Source of the DNA: a virus
Lineage: Duplodnaviria > Caudoviricetes
Reading direction: 5' to 3' (one strand)
Length of the DNA: 57,638 nt
IMG/VR virus record: IMGVR_UViG_3300044630_007310
Location: 1-57,638 of that record
A program made the translations under genes and the position numbers. Positions within the stretch are counted from its first letter, which is position 1, and the number at the start of each line of letters is the position of its first letter. Positions 47,151 through 56,523 of this stretch are shown here, piece by piece. The notes under the pieces are model-generated. The model was given only the letters and a program-made list of their open reading frames with translations, did not search any database and was not told the origin of the DNA.

Positions 47151-49358
47151 ATGAATTTAAAAAGGGCAATTCTAAATTATTCTGATTGGAATAGAATAGT
47201 TGAATCTAATCTCAATTTTGATCAAAATTCCTTTTTAAAATTTTCTATCCTAGAACAAGACGAACAGAGATCCTTAATACCAAATTGGCTAGAATGGACT
47301 AGAGATGTCTTATGGTCAGGAACAGATCAATCAGCAAACGTAATTTTTATTAACTCCCAACCTGAATTAAAAATATCCGGAGATCAATCTGGAACAGAAG
47401 GAGTAAATCTGATACAGATTTCATTTAAAGGAGCAAAGTGTACTAAAAACGGTCAAACTAAATTTATAGGGTCAACTGGGCCTTTTCTACTCTATGCTAG
47501 ATCAGACGAGCCTTGGTTTTTATATGAAAGTTTAGAAGGAGCCCAAACTAAATCAACATCGCAAGGTAGATTTTCAGCTAAGTGGGGAGGTTTCATATTT
47601 AATGAAATTAAAAAGACAAGTGGACAGACCCTAGCTACAGTCAATCAACAGGGCCTACCTGCTCAAATAACTAATGATGTTGTTAACTGGGCAAAAGGTA
47701 ATTTTCTTCAACTTCTCTGGAACAGTAAAGCAAGAATAAGTTGGACATATATTAGCTTATACAATCTAGGGATAATAGATCTTGCAAAAGAGGATATAAA
47801 TAAGGCTATAAAGTTTCCTAAAAATATTACTATTAAAGATCCTGGGATAAAATCTAGTTTTTATGATATTCAAAAGAATATAGAATCTTCGATGAAAACC
47901 AACGAATCTATGTATTATATTAAGCCATTTGCTATTTTTGAACAGGATGAATATTATAAACAAACAGTTGATTCTGAAGGAAACGAGGTCAGTCTTGTAA
48001 AATATAACGTCATAGATGAAATAGTAATAAGAGAAAGCGCATCTGAAGAAGAAAAAAAGGCAGCCTGGGATAGATGTGAAAAATATAATGAAGAAGGACA
48101 TCGAGTTGTTCCTAAATCTTTATTTACAAATAATCCGGATGATCTTGGAATTAGATTAGTATTGGAGAGAGAATTTGATGAGGTAGTAATAAAATTAGAT
48201 AAGAAAACCGGCAAAATATCAACTTGGATTAACAAATTAAAAGCAAAAACTAAGGCGGCCGGTAGAACTATATTGATGCCAAAATCTGATAAAACATATA
48301 AAGCATGGGAAGCAATTGCTCTTGCTGAATCTGATTTATTGAGAACCCTTAAGAAAAAACTTCCTAAAAAGTTTTATAATAAGAAGGATGTTATGAGCGA
48401 GGAGGGTCTAGACGCAGTTATTAAATTATGGAAGGAAAATAAAATATCTGAATCGGATTACAGAAGATTTAGAGCAATTTTATATGAATGGGATGAGGAA
48501 ACTAAAAATAAAGAAAAAGAGGCCTCGAAATCACTTTTAGATAAATTATGGGACGATGCAAAATGGTTTGGAGAAGAGGCAAAGAAAGGATTTGACGATG
48601 CTTATAATACTGGAAAGAAAATTGTAACTAACGTTAAAGACGGGGTAATCAGTGCAGGAGAAGCAACGGCAAAGGCAATTAGCGACGGATGGAATGTATT
48701 GCAATTGGATCCTAATAATACATTCCATCAAAAAGAAATACAGGCAGCTTTTGATAAAATAGGAGAGATTAAAGATGATGTAGTTGAATGGGGAAAAGAG
48801 GAAGGAATAAATTTTATTGAAAATACACTAACTCCTTATGGCATTTATATATCTTTAGACAATTTAAATGTTGAAGTAGTTGAAATTAACAATCCTGCTC
48901 TTTCTAAAATTAAGGATGCAGCCCCTACGATAAAAGCCGATGTTAATGGTACTATTTCGATTATAACTCAAATTAAAGGAGGTAAAACAAGTGGAGTAGA
49001 TATAGAAGTAAATGGAGATTTACAATTAGAAGGAGATGTAGATTTAGATAAAAAGGCCTTAACTATTAAATTTAAATCCTTATCATTAGAAACCATCGGA
49101 GAATCTGATTTATCTGGGCTATTCAGTGATAATTCGCTTTCAAATTTTTTACCTTATTTTAAAATTTATAATAAAGAGAACGGAAAATCAACCGCTAAAA
49201 TTTGGTGGGAAAATACATTTACTGGAAATGAGATTTATAATTGGGAATTTAATTTACAGACGCCATTAGAAAAATCAATAGTAGCAGAATTGAATAAATA
49301 TAAAGGATATAGTCTAGATAAGTATTTACAGGGAGTGCCTGAATTTACAAATAAATAA
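47151..49358 (+). CDS. large putative internal head protein
   Basis: Likely start ATG 47151 (MNLKRAILNYSDWNRIVES) after TAAATAA at 47131-47137; internal copies of the tag motif. Confidence 0.65.
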   Translation: MNLKRAILNYSDWNRIVESNLNFDQNSFLKFSILEQDEQRSLIPNWLEWTRDVLWSGTDQSANVIFINSQPELKISGDQSGTEGVNLIQISFKGAKCTKNGQTKFIGSTGPFLLYARSDEPWFLYESLEGAQTKSTSQGRFSAKWGGFIFNEIKKTSGQTLATVNQQGLPAQITNDVVNWAKGNFLQLLWNSKARISWTYISLYNLGIIDLAKEDINKAIKFPKNITIKDPGIKSSFYDIQKNIESSMKTNESMYYIKPFAIFEQDEYYKQTVDSEGNEVSLVKYNVIDEIVIRESASEEEKKAAWDRCEKYNEEGHRVVPKSLFTNNPDDLGIRLVLEREFDEVVIKLDKKTGKISTWINKLKAKTKAAGRTILMPKSDKTYKAWEAIALAESDLLRTLKKKLPKKFYNKKDVMSEEGLDAVIKLWKENKISESDYRRFRAILYEWDEETKNKEKEASKSLLDKLWDDAKWFGEEAKKGFDDAYNTGKKIVTNVKDGVISAGEATAKAISDGWNVLQLDPNNTFHQKEIQAAFDKIGEIKDDVVEWGKEEGINFIENTLTPYGIYISLDNLNVEVVEINNPALSKIKDAAPTIKADVNGTISIITQIKGGKTSGVDIEVNGDLQLEGDVDLDKKALTIKFKSLSLETIGESDLSGLFSDNSLSNFLPYFKIYNKENGKSTAKIWWENTFTGNEIYNWEFNLQTPLEKSIVAELNKYKGYSLDKYLQGVPEFTNK

Positions 49359-49363
49359 ATATA

Positions 49364-50269
49364 ATGAAGGTAATTAAGAACTATAGAGACTGGAGTAAGG
49401 TATTTGAGCAAGGATATAATGATTTAGATCCTCTAGCTGGAGATGTTCAATATACTCCATCTCAATGGCACGATACTTCTACTAATGCTCCTGAAGGAGG
49501 ACCTGGTCTAACCGGAGACTATGATTACTATTCTGCAATTAAATCAGAAAATCCACCGGCTGAAGATATACCAACTGATGATAAGTGGATTGCTGAAAAA
49601 TTTAAAAAGCTATTAAGTAGCGAAGTTGCTCTTAAATCACTAAAGAAAAGAATTAATCAAGTAATAGACTCAGAAGTAAATAAAAAATACAACACAAGTC
49701 CAGACAAGGCAAAGATTGATCCAATTAATATTCAGACAGCAATTCAGGATTACTTTAAAAATGATCCTGATGGCGGAAGATACCCAATTGCTATTGCCGG
49801 GGGATTAGGAGACAGTATTAAGATTTCCCATTGGTTAGGTAAAGCTGCAGTTGCTAAAATTATTCCAAGCGAGTCAAATCCTCTGGTTGGTACTATAACT
49901 GGAACAATTACTCTTTCAATAAATATAACAAATTCAGAGTTAAAAAAGATTAACCCTAACGGAATTTCTATTCCAATATTAATAAATATATCAATTGATT
50001 ACAATATTTCTGAGGAGCAATTGAGTAAACAAAATTTATTAATGACATGGACTATTAAAAGTATTGGAGTTTCTGGATCTACTGAAATTAAAGAAGGTCC
50101 TTTTGTTAATTCACCTATTGCTCTAAGTATTAATAACGGAAAAGCTAATTTAAAAGTAAAAATTAATAATACTGCGATACCAATATTAAAGGATAAGGAT
50201 CTAAAAATAAGCAGCTACGTACCTCAAAAAACTGGAGTAGTAGACGTTGATATTACCCAAATTGCATAA
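49364..50269 (+). CDS. putative internal head protein
   Basis: MKVIKNYRDWSKVFEQ tag; ATAAATAA at 49351-49358. Confidence 0.65.
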   Translation: MKVIKNYRDWSKVFEQGYNDLDPLAGDVQYTPSQWHDTSTNAPEGGPGLTGDYDYYSAIKSENPPAEDIPTDDKWIAEKFKKLLSSEVALKSLKKRINQVIDSEVNKKYNTSPDKAKIDPINIQTAIQDYFKNDPDGGRYPIAIAGGLGDSIKISHWLGKAAVAKIIPSESNPLVGTITGTITLSINITNSELKKINPNGISIPILINISIDYNISEEQLSKQNLLMTWTIKSIGVSGSTEIKEGPFVNSPIALSINNGKANLKVKINNTAIPILKDKDLKISSYVPQKTGVVDVDITQIA

Positions 50270-50283
50270 AATAATTTAAAGAT

Positions 50284-51126
50284 ATGATATTAAATTTTAA
50301 AAGATGGAAGGAAGTTCAGGGAAAAGTCTCGGAATCTAATTATGCTTCGATCTTTGAGGAAGAGCAAGGCGGATCAGGATCCGATATGAATGTATTATTA
50401 ATTAAATTATTAGGAAACCCGGCAACTAGGGGAACCGTTATTAAAAGAGTTAATCAGGCTATTGATAAAAATTTAATCAATAATACCAATGTTAATCCGT
50501 CAACAATTACTTTAGATTTAAATAAAATGGAGCCAGCGGCTAGAGTATTTTTTGATGCCGATCTTCCACCTAAAATCAAGGTTAAAATTTCAAGTTTAGC
50601 TGCGACAGAAGGTGAAAATAAGGGTGCAGGAATCTTAAATGTATTTAATACTAAAAAGAAGCTATCTGAGGGATGGGTTGGACTTGATGTTAATTATCTA
50701 GTTGATATAGAAATCGATGAGGTTATTTTAAATGCGATGTTTGAAAACCCAGAAGATCGATCAATTAAAAATATATCAGGGGTTGGAATATTAAGAGGAA
50801 AATTGGTTCAATCTGGTGAAATGAATGAAGCGGGAAAACCTAAATGGATTAACAGGTGGGAATTAATTGATTTGGGAATCAATTTTGTAAAGCCACTAGA
50901 TGAATATAAATTTACATGTAAATCTAGACCCGCTACTGAATTAATAGGTAAAAACCTATCTAGCGGAGCAGCTATAGATGCTGAATCAATAATTAATGTT
51001 AATGAATTTGTTTTAAATAAAGGAGAAAAAAAAATATATGGGCCATCTTACTTTATGACATCTGAATTATTTAAGGGAACTGAGCTTAAGATTGAAGTAG
51101 ATATAAACGATCTTCTTGAAAAATAA
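50284..51126 (+). CDS. putative internal head protein
   Basis: MILNFKRW...VSES...SIFEE tag; shares KR[IV]NQ[AV]ID with the previous ORF. Confidence 0.65.
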   Translation: MILNFKRWKEVQGKVSESNYASIFEEEQGGSGSDMNVLLIKLLGNPATRGTVIKRVNQAIDKNLINNTNVNPSTITLDLNKMEPAARVFFDADLPPKIKVKISSLAATEGENKGAGILNVFNTKKKLSEGWVGLDVNYLVDIEIDEVILNAMFENPEDRSIKNISGVGILRGKLVQSGEMNEAGKPKWINRWELIDLGINFVKPLDEYKFTCKSRPATELIGKNLSSGAAIDAESIINVNEFVLNKGEKKIYGPSYFMTSELFKGTELKIEVDINDLLEK

Positions 51127-51129
51127 TTA

Positions 51130-51528
51130 TTAAGATCTAATAATTTTAAGATCCTTAACTGATTCCATTCCATCCTTATCAAACTCTTTAGGTTCAATTA
51201 AGGAGTATCTAAATAAGATAGGATCATATTCATTTGAGATAAATTGCATTGCATTTTTTATTATCCCAATTGAAAGATTGGAATTTAAATATATTATTCT
51301 GGTGTATTTTTCGTTTTTAATATTGATTGCCTTATCTAAGAGCTTTTTAATTTCATAATTAATTATGAATGACTGAACTTTATTAGGTATGATGAATTTA
51401 GAATTAAATTTATCCTTAATTATTTTACTAACATTTAGAATATAGTCATCTTTTCTTTTCTTTCCTAACTTAGAAGTGAATCCTTTAAACTCTCTTATAA
51501 ATATTATTTCAATTGTTCTATTTTCCAT
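51130..51528 (-). CDS. hypothetical protein
   Basis: 132 aa ORF coupled to dCMP deaminase. Confidence 0.7.
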   Translation of the reverse strand: MENRTIEIIFIREFKGFTSKLGKKRKDDYILNVSKIIKDKFNSKFIIPNKVQSFIINYEIKKLLDKAINIKNEKYTRIIYLNSNLSIGIIKNAMQFISNEYDPILFRYSLIEPKEFDKDGMESVKDLKIIRS

Positions 51529-51943
51529 AATCTAACCTAAGAAGGCCGATTCCGGCTTCTTTTAATATTTTAAGTCCACTTGTTTCTCTATATTCTTCCT
51601 TGAATATTACCCTCTTAATCCCAGATTGGATTATTAATTTAGAACACTCTTTACAAGGAGAAAGAGTAACATATAGAGTAGATCCGTCTGCGTTCTGAGT
51701 AGATTTTGCAAGCTTAGTAATCGCATTTGCTTCGGCATGTAGAACATACCATTGAGTATTACCATCTACATCCTCACAATCATTTGCAAATCCACTAGGG
51801 GTACCATTATATCCATCTGATATAATCATGTTATCCTTAACAATAAGTGCTCCTACTTTTTTTCTACGACAACATGAATTTTGAGACCATTCACTTGCCA
51901 TTTTTAAATAAGTAAGATGCTTTTTTAATTCTTTATCTTCCAT
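51518..51943 (-). CDS. dCMP deaminase (ComEB-like)
   Basis: KVGALIV, GYNGTPSG, HAEANAI, SPCKEC. Confidence 0.93.
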   Translation of the reverse strand: MEDKELKKHLTYLKMASEWSQNSCCRRKKVGALIVKDNMIISDGYNGTPSGFANDCEDVDGNTQWYVLHAEANAITKLAKSTQNADGSTLYVTLSPCKECSKLIIQSGIKRVIFKEEYRETSGLKILKEAGIGLLRLDYGK

Positions 51944-52232
51944 TCTTATCCTTCGATCGATTGATTATTGTATTAAAGAGAGAATACTTGGAATCCTCTG
52001 ATTCGAATCTATTTTTCATTATATTCGATTCTCCAGGAGTAGGGGTCTGAGGTTTGATAATTCTACCAGATGGAATAATGCATGAGGAAATAATAATTAT
52101 TCCTACCCAATTTAAAAAACTAATATTGAAGGATAGAGCATCCTTCAATAAAAAGTGATAGATTAATGTACAAATACCAGCAAGAGCAAGCTGGGTAATC
52201 GACCATGAAATTATATACGCTAGTGTTTTCAT
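51933..52232 (-). CDS. small membrane protein
   Basis: Two N-terminal hydrophobic helices. Confidence 0.65.
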   Translation of the reverse strand: MKTLAYIISWSITQLALAGICTLIYHFLLKDALSFNISFLNWVGIIIISSCIIPSGRIIKPQTPTPGESNIMKNRFESEDSKYSLFNTIINRSKDKNGR

Positions 52233-53089
52233 TTTATTATATTTTGATTTATCCAGTTTAATAGAGGATCTCGTGTTGAAAAATCTCCAATATATTCAGA
52301 TAGTAATTTTAAATTATTAGAGGGGTTGCAGCTAGTTCTAATAAGATCCTCCTTTAATTTAGGCACCTGAATAGAAGTAAATGGAACTTCTAACATTTCC
52401 TCAACTAATTTAAAATTTCTATCATATACATGATATGAATCTATTATATGAGTATATTTTCCTAATTCTAAATTAGGATAAGTTGATTTAAGATGACTTA
52501 ACATTTGTTGTTGGAGTACGGTAAAGAATGCGATATCAGTTGGAGTTCCTAATATAGCATCATTAGAACGCATATGAATTGTTAAATTAAGTCGATTTTC
52601 TCTTATTTGCCATATACCGTATAGCGTACAGACAAAATCTTTATTTCCATCGTATTGATGTTCAGGAAGATTAAAGTGCATTATTGCTTGCCTTGAATCT
52701 GGATCTTTTTTTAGGCAATCTAGAGCCCATCCATATTGAGTTTTAGCAAATCTATTCTTTTTCTTAAATAATAGATTTCCATATGAAGAATTAACTGTTC
52801 CATCTTCATTTTGAATTGTTTCCCAGAATGAAGCGTATTTTTTTATGAATTCTACATCATTTCTTCCTAGAAAATACCACAAAAATTCAGCTGAGATATA
52901 TCTAAGCTGAGATCCTCTTCTTTGATTATCATACAAACAAGACAAAGGATTTAATATTTCTAGAGTAACCCCTAGATTTTCTTTTATTTTTAATCCTCTA
53001 GGAGAAGACTCGTATTCCGGACTAAAGTAAAGATCTCTAAGACTAGATTCGTATACGGTAGAAAAATTGTCAGCTGAATATACTCTCAT
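52229..53089 (-). CDS. thymidylate-synthase-fold enzyme, probably dCMP hydroxymethylase/methylase (gp42-like)
   Basis: NSSYG, DPDSRQA, DFVCT (catalytic Cys), MRSNDAILGTPTD, SYHVY. Confidence 0.8.
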   Translation of the reverse strand: MRVYSADNFSTVYESSLRDLYFSPEYESSPRGLKIKENLGVTLEILNPLSCLYDNQRRGSQLRYISAEFLWYFLGRNDVEFIKKYASFWETIQNEDGTVNSSYGNLLFKKKNRFAKTQYGWALDCLKKDPDSRQAIMHFNLPEHQYDGNKDFVCTLYGIWQIRENRLNLTIHMRSNDAILGTPTDIAFFTVLQQQMLSHLKSTYPNLELGKYTHIIDSYHVYDRNFKLVEEMLEVPFTSIQVPKLKEDLIRTSCNPSNNLKLLSEYIGDFSTRDPLLNWINQNIIK

Positions 53090-53109
53090 TTTTAATGATT
53101 ATTATATTT

Positions 53110-53136
53110 ATTATACTAATATTTAATTAATAGTTT
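53110..53136 (-). promoter_or_regulatory. putative early/middle promoter AAAC-N17-TATAAT
   Basis: - strand AAAC 53136-53133 and TATAAT 53115-53110 upstream of the TS-fold gene. Confidence 0.45.
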
Positions 53137-54821
53137 TAGGAAGCTTGGGTTGCTATCATTGATTCTATTCTCATTTCAGAGAAATGATTTGGCATATTGA
53201 CCATTATCTTTTTATCAAAAAATTCTTCGGGTAGGTTATCATGAGATACTACGAATATTGTCATATTATAAATATTGGCGTATTCTCTTAATATCTCTAT
53301 TGCCTTATAAACATTAGTCTTATCAAGGCCGCTAAATATCTCATCAAGAAACATAACATTCATTTTATTATGCTTCATTTTAATAAGCTCAATGAAGGCT
53401 AAAAGTATTATCAGATTCATCTTTTTTCGCTGACCTGTAGATAGACTCTCAGGTGAGACTTCCATGCCTAGATAATATACAATTGGATTAAATTCGCTGT
53501 CGAAAGAGAATGTAAACTTAAAATCTAATCTGTTTGATATTTCGGATATTCTTCCGTTTAGAAGAGGAATGACTCTTTCAATCAGCATCTTTTTTATTCC
53601 TCCATCTGATAAAATATCGTCTAACGTACTATATAAATCAATTTCTTCTTGATACTTTGATTTTTCTTTCTTAGTTGATTCTATTTCTGATTCAATTGAT
53701 TTTATTATAGACTGAATTGAGCCTTCTTGTGAAGATGATTTATCTCCTTTTAGAGCATTTAAACTATTTTCTAGAGTTTTTAAACTAGATTGAACGTCAT
53801 AAAAATTAGACTTTTCAGTATCTTGATCGGATTTTATTTTTTTAATTGCATCTGCCATTTTTTTATGCAAATCAACTAATTGTTGTAATATTTCTTCTTC
53901 AGATTTCTTTCTATCTTCTATTTCTTTTTTTATTGAGAGAGAAGATCCGCTGGTTAAATCACTTAAGCAATGTGGACACTTGTTAGATTGATATATTTTT
54001 ATTTTCTGATCCAATTCTGAGATAGACGACTTAGATGTAGCAATTTTATTAATATGCTCAGTTACTTTTAAATTAAATGAATCTATTTTAGACTTTAATT
54101 GTGTAAACTTATCTTTATGAAAGTCAAGTTTCTTTTTATTATCAGTGATGTCCGATTCCAATTCTTTTATTTTAGAATCGTTGTCTTCCTTGATTTTATT
54201 TCTAAGTTCCTCTAATTGATTCATAGAACTTTCTAACAAGGATTCATTTTTTCCAATTGCAATGTCAAGAGAAGATGCTCCTTTAGATGCTTCCTTCAAA
54301 TCCTCCTTTACTTTATTTCTCATTAAGGTTAATATATCTATTCCAAAAATAGGATCTATTATTTTTCTCTTATCTGACGTAGATAGATTAATAAAGGATT
54401 TAAAGTCATCAAAAGAAAGACTTATTGTGTTGCAAAATGTTGAAAAGTTTATATTTAATATTTCTTCCTCTATAAACTCATCGACTTTTCTTTTGTCAGG
54501 TAGATTATGATCGATCCCGTTTACCGTAACCTTAGTAAAATTAGGATCAATTCCACGTTCAATAACTATAGTATCTCCTCCTGAGGTTTCAATTTCATTA
54601 TATGTATAAGTAGACTTATTAATCCAATTTGGGATATCTTTCATTTTCCTTATTGCAGATCTTCCATACGCAGAAACAGTAAGAGCCTCTTTAATAGAAG
54701 ATTTTCCAGAACCGTTTTCTCCTTCGATTAATACTAATTCTGGAGAATCGCTAAATACATACTCTTGTATCTTATTTCCATAAGAAAGTAGATTCTTCCA
54801 TCTGAATTTTTTAAATTTCAT
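53136..54821 (-). CDS. Rad50/SbcC-like recombination ATPase (gp46-like)
   Basis: GENGSGKS, coiled coils, CPHC zinc hook, LSTGQ, FLDEIFSGLD, VVSH. Confidence 0.93.
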   Translation of the reverse strand: MKFKKFRWKNLLSYGNKIQEYVFSDSPELVLIEGENGSGKSSIKEALTVSAYGRSAIRKMKDIPNWINKSTYTYNEIETSGGDTIVIERGIDPNFTKVTVNGIDHNLPDKRKVDEFIEEEILNINFSTFCNTISLSFDDFKSFINLSTSDKRKIIDPIFGIDILTLMRNKVKEDLKEASKGASSLDIAIGKNESLLESSMNQLEELRNKIKEDNDSKIKELESDITDNKKKLDFHKDKFTQLKSKIDSFNLKVTEHINKIATSKSSISELDQKIKIYQSNKCPHCLSDLTSGSSLSIKKEIEDRKKSEEEILQQLVDLHKKMADAIKKIKSDQDTEKSNFYDVQSSLKTLENSLNALKGDKSSSQEGSIQSIIKSIESEIESTKKEKSKYQEEIDLYSTLDDILSDGGIKKMLIERVIPLLNGRISEISNRLDFKFTFSFDSEFNPIVYYLGMEVSPESLSTGQRKKMNLIILLAFIELIKMKHNKMNVMFLDEIFSGLDKTNVYKAIEILREYANIYNMTIFVVSHDNLPEEFFDKKIMVNMPNHFSEMRIESMIATQAS

Positions 54822-55930
54822 TAGTCGTTGGATTTATTATTTTTAAGCTCGTCGCTAATCTCTTTAAATTTTTTATAGATCAATTCAGATTTATCGGTCG
54901 GAAGTGATCTGGCCTTCAGATATTCACTTAGAACATCAAAAATGTTATATTCATAGTTACTAATGTTTAGATTGGAATCGTCCACCTGAATTGACTCAGA
55001 TGAATACGGCTGAAATTCCAACCTTCTCATTCCGCTGTCCTTTAATATATCTATGAATTTAGTAACTGGAAAAATGCTCGCAAATGCATGCTCTATGTAG
55101 ATATCTACAAAGTTATTTTGTATTTGATTTGAAAATTCACTTAGAGACATATTTAAAATTTCCTGAGCATTGTATTTTAAAAATTTAGGAGAATGAGTAT
55201 TCTCTATAAATCTTTCGGTGATGGTTTCACCTTCAATATCTAATACGTAGTAGCCTTTGGTATTTCCGCAGTCTCCTCTATCCATTTGATATGGAGTTCC
55301 CACATATACTACATTGTTTTTAGTTTGACGAATATGAATATGTCCTGAGTATATCTTTTTAAATCCTGAAAGATCTGAATATTCAACACCGTGCTCTAAT
55401 TTAATTGTCTTACTTAAGGATGCTCCTTTTATATCGGCATGACAAAACATATAGTCACATCTATTAAATCTCTTCATTTCAGATTTAAATCGATCGACTG
55501 AATCTATCCATGGAAACATTAGCATTTTATGCTTGGCGTTAATTGTTATGGATTTAGGAGAACTATATACAAAAAAATTATCGAACATTCCATCCATTCC
55601 CTCTAGAGAATGAACATCGGTTCGATCTTTATAATATACATCATGATTTCCTACAATGACGTGAACTCCTTTTTTAAATTTAGAAGTAAGGGCCTTAGCG
55701 ATCTGTATTGAGACGTTTTGAATCCTAACATTAGTTGACTCTCGCACGTGATGCCAATCACCAACTTGTATCAAAATATCTAGCTCTGGATCAAATCCAT
55801 CTGCGTCAATCGACTCGATAAAATTCTTTAATAAGTATTGGGATTGTATTTCTACCCATTCAATGGAGGCATTTTTAATTCCTAAATGCAAGTCTCCAAG
55901 AATATAAATTCTACGTATATTATTAAGCAT
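54821..55930 (-). CDS. Mre11/SbcD-like nuclease (gp47-like)
   Basis: GDLHLG, QVGDWHH, VGNHD, FCHAD, SGHIH, YVGTPYQ. Confidence 0.93.
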   Translation of the reverse strand: MLNNIRRIYILGDLHLGIKNASIEWVEIQSQYLLKNFIESIDADGFDPELDILIQVGDWHHVRESTNVRIQNVSIQIAKALTSKFKKGVHVIVGNHDVYYKDRTDVHSLEGMDGMFDNFFVYSSPKSITINAKHKMLMFPWIDSVDRFKSEMKRFNRCDYMFCHADIKGASLSKTIKLEHGVEYSDLSGFKKIYSGHIHIRQTKNNVVYVGTPYQMDRGDCGNTKGYYVLDIEGETITERFIENTHSPKFLKYNAQEILNMSLSEFSNQIQNNFVDIYIEHAFASIFPVTKFIDILKDSGMRRLEFQPYSSESIQVDDSNLNISNYEYNIFDVLSEYLKARSLPTDKSELIYKKFKEISDELKNNKSND

Positions 55931-55940
55931 ATAATTTGTT

Positions 55941-56507
55941 TTAATACATTCTCTTTTTATTAAATTTTCCGTCTAAAAAATTATACTTTTTATTGAGCTC
56001 AAGAATCAGATCCTGTTGATGCTCTACATCTAGAGCATCGAATAATCTTCGATAATCTTTTACTGGATCTCCTGAATTTATATTTAAAATTGAAGCTAAT
56101 ACTTCTACAATATAGATTGGATTATAGAACTGTCCATCCTCTAATTCAATTGATATTTTTTTAGTAATTTCGCCATAACACCAATTTATTTCATCCTTAG
56201 ATAATTTAATTTTATTATTAAATTCATTCTTATATAGGACAGTTTTAAGATTGGCATCTTCTTCTATCATTTTAAATATTTGATCTACCCCCAGATTATA
56301 ATCCATTGTTTCTTCACTCTCATAGATATCTTTTAGATAACTATCTGAATATGAAGAATTTATAGATATTACACTTTTATATTCATAATCATCTTCCCCT
56401 AGTCCTTCTCCGGTTTTATAACCATTGTTAAAGATTTTATCTTCTCTTTTCTTTTTGTTGATATTGTCTTTATAATCGTCATCTCTGTTATTTTCTTTAT
56501 CTAACAT
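55941..56507 (-). CDS. hypothetical protein
   Basis: 188 aa acidic ORF between helicase and gp47-like genes. Confidence 0.7.
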   Translation of the reverse strand: MLDKENNRDDDYKDNINKKKREDKIFNNGYKTGEGLGEDDYEYKSVISINSSYSDSYLKDIYESEETMDYNLGVDQIFKMIEEDANLKTVLYKNEFNNKIKLSKDEINWCYGEITKKISIELEDGQFYNPIYIVEVLASILNINSGDPVKDYRRLFDALDVEHQQDLILELNKKYNFLDGKFNKKRMY

Positions 56508-56523
56508 TCATATTTGATTATTT

